A DNA stretch of 51,125 bases from positions 1 through 51,125 of the forward strand of contig CAXAHI010000002.1 in the NCBI GenBank assembly GCA_963968645.1, given 5' to 3'. This DNA is from an uncultured Gammaproteobacteria bacterium (GTDB lineage Bacteria > Pseudomonadota > Gammaproteobacteria > Pseudomonadales > UBA7434). Shown piece after piece: positions 17,058 through 24,933 of this stretch. The position numbers and the translations under genes were made by a program. Position 1 is the stretch's first letter. Every line of letters starts with the position of its first letter. The notes beneath the pieces were generated by a model, which made no database searches, was not told where the DNA came from, and worked only from the letters and a program-made list of their open reading frames with translations.

Positions 17058-18239
17058 GTGGTTAGTGTTTCTAAAAGGTTTAATTATCCTTATGTCATTG
17101 ATGATGTCATTAATGAATTTGTTTTGGCGTGCCATCAAGTATTCGCTGGAGATAAATTAGGAATTTTATTGGTCGGCAGCTCTGCTAGAGGCGAGTTATC
17201 TTGGTCTATGAAAGAGTCTATGGCATGTTTTTATAGTGATATTGAATTTATTGTTGTTGTAGAGAAAATGGATAAGCGGAGCGAATCTTTCTCCAACGAG
17301 ATAGCTGACCTTCAGAAGAAGCGCGATTTAGGTAAGCGATTTAAGATTGATTATGTATTAAATGATTGGGATGGTATTGCCTGTTTAGATAAAAAGATTT
17401 TTGTATTCGATAGTAAAAATACAGGTATTGAGTTAGGTGATCAGCCTATAAAGCCAATGATGCCAAATGTGAATAAAAATAATATAAATTTCCATGAGCT
17501 TAATGATGTGCTGCTGCATCGTATGAAAGCATTGTTGATGGATGTGCCAGATAATCTCTTTCATCAAGCGGATAAGCAAGATGATTTCTGTTTGTCGATT
17601 GCCAAAAACACCCTTGATATTACCACTTGGTTATTTCCCTATGAAGCAGAAGAGCTCATTTCTGGGTTTGAGAATCGCTTGAACAGCTGGGAACAGCGGC
17701 GTAAAGATTTGAAACTATCGTTATATTTTGGCGATGATGAATTCAATTTTTTACGGGAATGTATTGCTATGCGTAGAGGTGTATTAAAAGAGCTGGATGC
17801 AGTTTCTCTGTTGGAAAAATATATTTCAATTTATGCAAAAGCTATTACTTATTGCAAATTCATGAACGATATAAGTTCGGATGAACCTCTGTCAAAGGCG
17901 AGTGTAAGTAGTTCCTTATTTTTGGAGTTTAGTTTTCGTCGCCGTTTAAAAGAAGCATCTTTGCTATTGGTTAATTTCAAAGTGTTTGGTCCGGCTTGCT
18001 TACTCACTAATATATTTACTCCACGAAAGGGGCGTCAGATAGAGTTTTGTTTCTTAATGATTGAGGCCCTTTCTCTGTTATTGACTAATCAAAAAAATAA
18101 GCATGACGAAATGATCAGTCAGTCAAAAGAAAGTTTAGGACATCTTCTTATTCTACAAGATGGAATGAATCGGAGTCGAGTGGATCAATGGTTAGGTTTG
18201 CGTGATCAATATCGCTCACTCACTGAGATAGTGATTTAA
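17058..18239 (+). CDS. Pol-beta-superfamily nucleotidyltransferase-fold protein with a helical C-terminal domain, function unknown
   Basis: 393 aa with a GTG start 2 nt after the udk stop. Contains the hG[GS]...DhE pattern: LLVGSSARGE...(16 aa)...SDIEFIVVV, with a later candidate third carboxylate in FKIDYVL. The remaining ~300 aa have no motif I recognise. Confidence 0.5.
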   Translation: MVSVSKRFNYPYVIDDVINEFVLACHQVFAGDKLGILLVGSSARGELSWSMKESMACFYSDIEFIVVVEKMDKRSESFSNEIADLQKKRDLGKRFKIDYVLNDWDGIACLDKKIFVFDSKNTGIELGDQPIKPMMPNVNKNNINFHELNDVLLHRMKALLMDVPDNLFHQADKQDDFCLSIAKNTLDITTWLFPYEAEELISGFENRLNSWEQRRKDLKLSLYFGDDEFNFLRECIAMRRGVLKELDAVSLLEKYISIYAKAITYCKFMNDISSDEPLSKASVSSSLFLEFSFRRRLKEASLLLVNFKVFGPACLLTNIFTPRKGRQIEFCFLMIEALSLLLTNQKNKHDEMISQSKESLGHLLILQDGMNRSRVDQWLGLRDQYRSLTEIVI

Positions 18240-18243
18240 ACCC

Positions 18244-19575
18244 ATGATGAATATACCGGAAATTAGTGTTCTTCTTAGTCTTGGCGTTTCTCTTGCGCTA
18301 TATTTTCTTGGTGTTTGCTATGTAATGATGAATAAAGTGCCTGGTAGGGCTTTTGTTATAAAAGTATTTTCTGCGGCATTCATCATTAGAGTTGTAGCTG
18401 CATTCGTTATTTTTTACTCATTAGTTTCTCTCGGCGGAGATGGCTTTGTTATTCATGATGATAGAGCTTATGACAAGACTGCAACTGAGATTTCTAGAGA
18501 TTTAAGTGATCATCGGCCTGGTTTTAAAGAATACGGTACCGGTTGGAAAAATATTGCTTACTTTAATATTAACGGGTTTGTATATCATTATTTAAATTTT
18601 GACACGATGACCTCTCGCATTATGAATGGCTTTTTCGGCGCTATAGTGGTTGTGCTCGGATATTACATAATGCTTCAGCTCTTTGGGCCAAAGTCTGCCC
18701 GAGTGGCTGCAATAATGCTGGCTATCTTACCTAATCTTATTTTCTGGTCAGCATCGCAGGTTAAGGATCCTTTGATAACGCTTTGTACCATGTCTCTTAT
18801 ATATATTATGGTGTGTAAGTTTCGTTCAGGAATTAATATTTTCGTTGTATTGGCGTACCTGTTTTTTATGTCCTTGCTCTGGTTTTTAAGAAAAGATTTT
18901 TGCTTTCCTCTTATTGGGGCATCTATTGTTTGGGCGTTGTTTCGTTACACCTTTTTAGGGCGCTACTTTAATGATCCACGTCGAACTATGTTCGTTAAGA
19001 TGATAGTGATGGGAGTATTTTCAATTCCTTTATTGCTTGGATTGAGCGGCACAGGATATGGCGGTGACTTTATTGGGACTATGTCTAAATTTAATGAAGT
19101 ACAAGGTGGTTTAGCTACTTCAAGTGGGTTTACTCGTTATCTACGTGTGGTTAATCCAACAGATTTTTACAAGATTCCGCCAGCTATGGCTTTTACTGCA
19201 ATTGCTCCTTTACCAACTTTTAGTCCGGTAAAAAATCCGATCCAATATGGTGGAGCCCTTTATTCATATATTAATTTGCCTCTTGTTTTAATGATGCCAT
19301 TTATTGTCGTTGGCTTGTTAAAGTTCCGTAGTTCTAATATGCTGTTTACTGATCAACTTTTGGTGCGATGGCTGCCAGTATTAACTTGGATCTCATTAAG
19401 TATTATTTATTTAGGTGTCTTGCGATATAAAGCTGCATTGATGACATACTTTATGATGTGGGCTGCGGTCGGATGGACTCATCGGCGTCGCTTTAAGAAA
19501 GAGTTGATGTTTGTTTATGCCATTGCTGTAGTAGGAATTATAATAATTATACCTATAGCGAAAATCTTTAGATAA
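18244..19575 (+). CDS. Polytopic (about 12 TM) inner-membrane protein: candidate Wzy-type polymerase or GT-C (ArnT/PMT-like) glycosyltransferase
   Basis: 443 aa with about 12 hydrophobic helices and two larger loops. The first loop carries HDDRAYDKTATEISRDL, reminiscent of the ArnT loop motif DETRYAEISREM. No other Wzy candidate exists in the locus. Confidence 0.4.
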   Translation: MMNIPEISVLLSLGVSLALYFLGVCYVMMNKVPGRAFVIKVFSAAFIIRVVAAFVIFYSLVSLGGDGFVIHDDRAYDKTATEISRDLSDHRPGFKEYGTGWKNIAYFNINGFVYHYLNFDTMTSRIMNGFFGAIVVVLGYYIMLQLFGPKSARVAAIMLAILPNLIFWSASQVKDPLITLCTMSLIYIMVCKFRSGINIFVVLAYLFFMSLLWFLRKDFCFPLIGASIVWALFRYTFLGRYFNDPRRTMFVKMIVMGVFSIPLLLGLSGTGYGGDFIGTMSKFNEVQGGLATSSGFTRYLRVVNPTDFYKIPPAMAFTAIAPLPTFSPVKNPIQYGGALYSYINLPLVLMMPFIVVGLLKFRSSNMLFTDQLLVRWLPVLTWISLSIIYLGVLRYKAALMTYFMMWAAVGWTHRRRFKKELMFVYAIAVVGIIIIIPIAKIFR

Positions 19576-19591
19576 AAATTGGATTAATAAT

Positions 19592-20695
19592 ATGAAAACG
19601 CCAATATTAGTTATTTTTGTCGATGCCTTGCCTTATGATCGAGGTATAAACCTTGTTCGAAGTCTTAATGCTAAAACCTACTCTAAGTCAGTGCCTGGGG
19701 CTGGTTATAGTATTAATGTAAAAGCAGAAATGTTTGCTGGGTTACAGCCAGATGACGTGGGTTATTTTTGTGAGTGGAATTATGACTCGGAAAAAGTTGT
19801 GCCACGCTGGGTAAAAGCCTTAATGCCTGTATTGGAGTCAGTTGGCAATTTGAGTCGCTTTGCTAACCGAGTAATTCATAAAATAATAAGTAAAGTTTTA
19901 AAAGAAAATATTTTTGCCATACCGTATCGGTTTTTACCATTATTAAAATGTTCTGGTCTAACGGCTTACGAGCGTAACTTTCAGTTTCCGACTTTTTTGT
20001 CAGAGGGAGGATTCGATCGTGTGCTCTATAGTGAAGAGGGTGTTAATGATAAAAAAGTATTTGAAAAAGCCATTAGCTTATTAAAAAAAGAAAAGAATGA
20101 GCGCCTTTTTGTTTCAACTGCCCAGCTTGATGGTGTAATGCATCACTATGGTATGGAATGTAAGGAATACGAAGATCAAATTCTGCTCATTGAAGACTAT
20201 GCTGTTCGTCTTATTAAAGAGTTTATGTCCATTCATGGTGATGAGGCTCGTTATTTTCTGTTCTCAGATCATGGGATGGCGCCAGTTTTAGAGGGGGTAA
20301 ATTTTGACCTTAGCGATAGTTGTGGTGCGCCGGGTAATGATACTTATGTTTATGTCGTTGATGCTACTTTTTATCGTGTTTGGTTAAATGATAAAACCTT
20401 TGAGTCAAAAGTAGTTGATGCCTTTTCCGAATTGACGGTTGGTCATATATTGTCGGATGAAGAGAGAGCGCGCTACGGTATTGTCGATAAAAAGCATGGA
20501 GATATTATTTTTCTCTTGGACGAGTCGAAGCAGTTTGCACCTAACTTTTTTGGTTATGAAACTTGTAAAGCTATGCATGGTTATGCGCCTGAGTTAGACA
20601 GTCAGTTTGGATCCTTTATTAGTAATATTGAGGGTGTTCATGGTGAGGAAATAGCGGCAACTTCGATTTATAAGACAGTTCGGGCTAATTTGTGA
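19592..20695 (+). CDS. Alkaline-phosphatase-superfamily enzyme (NPP/phosphodiesterase-like), apparently cytoplasmic
   Basis: 367 aa. Ordered AP/NPP metal and nucleophile motifs: ILVIFVDALPYD, GYSIN...AGLQP, QLDGVMHHYG, FSDHGM, MHGYAPE. No signal peptide or TM segment. Confidence 0.55.
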   Translation: MKTPILVIFVDALPYDRGINLVRSLNAKTYSKSVPGAGYSINVKAEMFAGLQPDDVGYFCEWNYDSEKVVPRWVKALMPVLESVGNLSRFANRVIHKIISKVLKENIFAIPYRFLPLLKCSGLTAYERNFQFPTFLSEGGFDRVLYSEEGVNDKKVFEKAISLLKKEKNERLFVSTAQLDGVMHHYGMECKEYEDQILLIEDYAVRLIKEFMSIHGDEARYFLFSDHGMAPVLEGVNFDLSDSCGAPGNDTYVYVVDATFYRVWLNDKTFESKVVDAFSELTVGHILSDEERARYGIVDKKHGDIIFLLDESKQFAPNFFGYETCKAMHGYAPELDSQFGSFISNIEGVHGEEIAATSIYKTVRANL

Positions 20696-22521
20696 AACCT
20701 GCAGCTAGTTTTTTAGCTGTGCTTTTTTTTTTGAATTTTAGTTCATTCGTTTATGCATCTATTGAAATATATACCGCTCCTGCTTTTTATAATTTTCAGA
20801 AAAAATTCCCTTTAGATTCGGATTTAGATAGGCGGCGTGAGATAAATCCTCGGGTAATTCATCTCTCAGACTATCAGGGATTGGCTAGAGTTGATGATTC
20901 AAATGATATTTTTATAGATGCTTTTAAGGGTGAGGTGATTTATAAAAGTCTTATTCTTAAAAATGTGTCGACTCTCGTTAATTTAGATGGTCGTTTTCAA
21001 TTTAGCGAGAATTCAGGGTTGTTAAATGAGTCAAATACTGAATTAAGCTTAATAAGCTCTTGGTTCCAAGCTGGCAAGAACACAACACTAACTAAAAGAT
21101 CGCAGTATTTAACACATGAACTGCTGCTTAAAGATGATCGTTCGGTAGACCTTGATGATAGCTGGACTAAAGTTGGAACTAAATGGTATTACAATCCACC
21201 TTATTTTTCAGATCATGAAGAAGTTCTGACGAGTATTGAAAACAAAGAGAGTAAGCGGTTGCTTCTTGAGTTTCAGCTGCCAGTTGATATTGATTCTGGT
21301 CATTATATAGTTGAATTAGTGATTAAAGAGATAAGTTCGGGCGAGGTTCTTGACGTTCTGAATTTTCATATTAATGTAAGTGATGTCCGTTTAAACACAC
21401 AATTAAAAAATGATTATGACCTGTTCATTTATACTAAATTGGCTCTCGATCCTATGGTTGGCCGAAAGAATTCATTCATAAATGGGCAGAATAATTATGG
21501 TGATGACGAATATCAAGAAAGACTATTTTTAAATAATATTAATGATATCGCGGACAAGGGTTTTAATGGAGCTTTAGTTCTAGATTGGCGGCCAAAGTAT
21601 ATTAAAAAAGCGTTGAAAATTTTTCGAAGCGTAGGTTTGTCAGAAGTGGTTGTGTACGCTAAGCCAGTAGTTAAAAAAGGCGTGCAGGCATTGACTGGCG
21701 AGTTAGTTGATACAATTAAAGAAGAGGGTTTTGAGCCGATTTTTTATGGTTATGATGAGCCTGGTGGAAATAAAAAGCGTGAGCAGCAGCTGGCACTTAA
21801 TGAGGAGATTTCTTATTTAGGGGCTAAATCAATGAACGCAATTTTTTGGGATGACTTAGCAGCGTCTAAAGCGGAAATAAAAACGGAAGGCCAAGATTTT
21901 GATTATTTAACGATAAGCATGGGAAGTCATGGCGCTAAAAAGTTTCTAAAAGAGTTACCTTTAGTAAGAGGTGGGCCTACTAAATATCTTGCTTATTGGC
22001 ATCCTCATGTTGAAAATCCGGTTAGAAATAGACTTTACATGGGCTTCTGGCTTTGGGCTAGTGGTCTTGATGGTGTTTCCCCTCATGCATATTATATTCT
22101 CCCTCATATTGCTAGATATGAGAAAGAAGGCTTGGGAGCTGAGCGCGGCCCACTCTCACCGTATAATGATTTTTCTATGTGGGATAATCCTAATGGAAAT
22201 TTTAGGCAGCATGCTACAGTTTATCCCCATAGTAAAGGTGTTATATCAACATTGCAGTGGGAAGCGATTACAGAGGGAGTGACTGATTTAATACTTATTC
22301 GCCAGCTCGAAGAGTTATTACAGGATGATAATGAGTTGTCGCTTAAAGCAAGAGCGGATGACTTGTTCGGTGAGATTCGTCGTAATACTTTGACGAGAAA
22401 ATCTTCGGCGTTGAGTGATATAGAGACAAAATTTTTTTTAGTGTTATTAGAAGAGTGGCGAGCACGAATTAAGCGGTTGATCATTGAATATCATTCAGCA
22501 GGCGGTAAGTTAAAAGAATGA
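20692..22521 (+). CDS. Secreted protein, possibly DUF4091/GH123-like glycoside-hydrolase-type
   Basis: 609 aa. The GTG start overlaps the upstream stop (GTGA). Signal peptide AVLFFLNFSSFVYA|SI. The segment GHYIVELVIKEISSGEVLDVLNFHINVSDVRL resembles the beta-sandwich-to-barrel junction of DUF4091 proteins. Later YGYDEPGG and Trp/Tyr-rich blocks are also present. The assignment rests on memory of the family only. Confidence 0.35.
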   Translation: MKPAASFLAVLFFLNFSSFVYASIEIYTAPAFYNFQKKFPLDSDLDRRREINPRVIHLSDYQGLARVDDSNDIFIDAFKGEVIYKSLILKNVSTLVNLDGRFQFSENSGLLNESNTELSLISSWFQAGKNTTLTKRSQYLTHELLLKDDRSVDLDDSWTKVGTKWYYNPPYFSDHEEVLTSIENKESKRLLLEFQLPVDIDSGHYIVELVIKEISSGEVLDVLNFHINVSDVRLNTQLKNDYDLFIYTKLALDPMVGRKNSFINGQNNYGDDEYQERLFLNNINDIADKGFNGALVLDWRPKYIKKALKIFRSVGLSEVVVYAKPVVKKGVQALTGELVDTIKEEGFEPIFYGYDEPGGNKKREQQLALNEEISYLGAKSMNAIFWDDLAASKAEIKTEGQDFDYLTISMGSHGAKKFLKELPLVRGGPTKYLAYWHPHVENPVRNRLYMGFWLWASGLDGVSPHAYYILPHIARYEKEGLGAERGPLSPYNDFSMWDNPNGNFRQHATVYPHSKGVISTLQWEAITEGVTDLILIRQLEELLQDDNELSLKARADDLFGEIRRNTLTRKSSALSDIETKFFLVLLEEWRARIKRLIIEYHSAGGKLKE

Positions 22522-23726
22522 CTAATAAAAAAAATATACTTTTTGTTGAGTATTGTCCTGATCTTAAAGGTGGCGGTGCTCAGCGTGTGTTTCTAAATAT
22601 TTTAAAGACTGTTAATCAGGCAGATTACAAAATATTTTCGGCTTTTCCACTCTATAAGAAAGGAGATTTAGCTGATGAAATACCAGAGTATGTGACAACT
22701 TTTAATTATGATTCAAAATCGCCAGAAAAAACAGGAAGAAAGATTCTTGCTTACTTGGAATTCCTACTTTTTATCCCGATAATAGTATTTCAAAATTGTT
22801 ATAGACTGAAGCGAAATAGTATTGAAGTTGTTTATTGTCATTCTATTATTAGTGGTTTTCATTTTGCTCTTGCAAAAACATTAGTTAACTTTAAGCTAGT
22901 TTATCATGAGCATAATATGGCTTCCCAGCGACCTAAGATGTTCGTTTGGCGATTGATGTTTGACTTTGTAAATAGTCGCTCGGATAAAATAATAGCTATA
23001 AGTCATGGAGTGGCAAATGAGTTGGCTGATTATGGATGCGACAGAGAGAAGATAGTAGTTGTTCATAATGGTATAGAGTTGCAAGCAATAAAGGATGTTA
23101 ACCATTTAGTCGCAAAGGGATATCAGCGGTTGGGACTTGATTCATCTAATAAAACTTTATTGGTGGGGATGATTGGGCATTTTAGGCCGTGGAAAGGTCA
23201 AGCACTTTTTGTGGAGTCTTATCATACAGCATGTGTATTTAATGATGATATTCATTATGTTATTGTTGGCGGCATACATGACGACGCTTATTATGAGCAA
23301 GTTCAGCAGTACATTCTTCAACATGACCTTTCTGATAAAGTGACTATAACTGGCCATCAGGATAATATTCCTGAGCTGCTTTCGTGTATGGATATCATTG
23401 TCGTTCCGTCTGTTCCAGAGCCTTTTGGGCTCGTTGTTTTAGAGGCCATGATGATGGCGAAGCCTGTGGTGGCATTTAATATAGGCGGGCCTGCTGAGAT
23501 TATTAGAGCTGGTCAAACAGGTGTTCTAGTTGATGATGTTGGAAGTGTATCTCTCGGTGAGGCTATTGGTTCTCTGCTTAATGATTCTGAGTTGAGAAGG
23601 GTGATGGGTTGTGAGGGTAGGGATCTTTTGGAAAAAGAGTTTACTTGCCAGGTACAGGTAAATCACGTTGAAACAATTATTAATGATCTCTGTGAAGAGT
23701 TGTCTATAAAAAAGCGAAGCGTTTAG
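22518..23726 (+). CDS. Glycosyltransferase family 4
   Basis: 402 aa. The ATG overlaps the upstream stop (ATGA). C-terminal GT-B E-x7-E block PSVPEPFGLVVLEAMMMAKPVVAFNIGGPAEII. Confidence 0.85.
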   Translation: MTNKKNILFVEYCPDLKGGGAQRVFLNILKTVNQADYKIFSAFPLYKKGDLADEIPEYVTTFNYDSKSPEKTGRKILAYLEFLLFIPIIVFQNCYRLKRNSIEVVYCHSIISGFHFALAKTLVNFKLVYHEHNMASQRPKMFVWRLMFDFVNSRSDKIIAISHGVANELADYGCDREKIVVVHNGIELQAIKDVNHLVAKGYQRLGLDSSNKTLLVGMIGHFRPWKGQALFVESYHTACVFNDDIHYVIVGGIHDDAYYEQVQQYILQHDLSDKVTITGHQDNIPELLSCMDIIVVPSVPEPFGLVVLEAMMMAKPVVAFNIGGPAEIIRAGQTGVLVDDVGSVSLGEAIGSLLNDSELRRVMGCEGRDLLEKEFTCQVQVNHVETIINDLCEELSIKKRSV

Positions 23727-23728
23727 TA

Positions 23729-24922
23729 ATGAATAAAAAAATACAGGCACAAGATGTTCACTGCATACATTACATTAATCGGCTGCATTTAGAAAACGGA
23801 GGTGTCGTTCGATTTGTCTTAGATATATGCCAGGTTTTGTCTGCGCAAGGCATTAAAGTCACGCTTATAACGCAAGATGCTAAAGATATTCCTGAAGACT
23901 GGTTAACTGATGTAAGTAAGCCTGAAGTGATCGAGCTTAAGCAAAAAAAATTACCCGGCGGTTTTTTAACACCTACTAATATACGGCGTGTCAAAAATAT
24001 TTTTTTAGCCAATAAAAACACAGTTATTAACTTCCATATTCCTTGGATTTTGAGTAACTTTCAACTCGCTAGGCTTGCTAATAAAAATAATATTCCATAT
24101 ATCGTAACTCCCCATGGATCGTTAGATGGGTGGTCGATGGAGCAAAAAAATCTTAAGAAAGAAATATTTTGGTTTCTATTCGGAAAAAAACATTATAGAG
24201 ATGCCAAGTGTATTCACTACACTGCAGGCAGTGAAAAAGAGCAAGGTCAAAAGTACATTGCTAAAAAATCTGCATATGTCATCCCTTGTCTTTTTGATTC
24301 GTCCGAATTTTTCGATCTGCCAGATACTGCGTTGGCTGAATCAAAATTCAGCCAGATAGATAATATGCGTCCTAATATTTTATTCCTTAGTCGCATCCAT
24401 CCTAAAAAAGGGACTGATATTCTAGTTCATGCTACTCGATTACTGAAAGATAGAGGCGTTGAATGTAATGTTTTGTTAGCTGGGCCAGACGATACCAAGG
24501 CTAAAGGGTACCGCGCTGAATTAGAGCAGCAAATTAATCAGTTAGGTTTGTCAGAAAGGGTGCATCTTATAGGTATGGTGAAGGGGCAGGACAAATTATC
24601 ACTTTATCGGAGGGCTGAATTATTTGTACTCCCAACTCATCAAGAAAATTTTGGATTTGTTTTGGTTGAGGCTATGGCTTGTGGTACGCCAGTAGTGACA
24701 TCTTTTGGCGTAGATATATGGAGGGAGATTCAAAGTGGTGGAGCGACTATAACAGAGAATTCTCCCGAACTTATAGCCGACAGAATTGAGGGGTTATTAG
24801 CGGACAGGGTAGAGTTGGATTCTTTGGGTAAAAAATCACGAGAATGGGTTTTTAGAGAGTTCGATGCCTCGAAGCTTGCCACCGATTACTCGGCGATGTA
24901 CATACAAGCTGCGCTAAGCTGA
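23729..24922 (+). CDS. Glycosyltransferase family 4
   Basis: 397 aa with the block PTHQENFGFVLVEAMACGTPVVTS. Starts 2 nt after the previous stop. Confidence 0.85.
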   Translation: MNKKIQAQDVHCIHYINRLHLENGGVVRFVLDICQVLSAQGIKVTLITQDAKDIPEDWLTDVSKPEVIELKQKKLPGGFLTPTNIRRVKNIFLANKNTVINFHIPWILSNFQLARLANKNNIPYIVTPHGSLDGWSMEQKNLKKEIFWFLFGKKHYRDAKCIHYTAGSEKEQGQKYIAKKSAYVIPCLFDSSEFFDLPDTALAESKFSQIDNMRPNILFLSRIHPKKGTDILVHATRLLKDRGVECNVLLAGPDDTKAKGYRAELEQQINQLGLSERVHLIGMVKGQDKLSLYRRAELFVLPTHQENFGFVLVEAMACGTPVVTSFGVDIWREIQSGGATITENSPELIADRIEGLLADRVELDSLGKKSREWVFREFDASKLATDYSAMYIQAALS

Positions 24923-24933
24923 AAAGGGTTGTC

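Noticed and set aside
16372-18239. Udk-like kinase plus NTase read as an anti-phage defence or toxin-antitoxin pair (nucleotide-signalling or MNT-HEPN type).
   Set aside because: The genes are translationally coupled into a long EPS operon. Udk is canonical in every block. No HEPN Rx4-6H motif, effector domain or mobile-element context is present. A role in EPS metabolism is more parsimonious.
21971-22282. A 103-aa same-strand ORF nested out of frame in the 609-aa gene.
   Set aside because: The translation is hydrophobic and low-complexity with no start context. The enclosing frame is continuous and carries a signal peptide.
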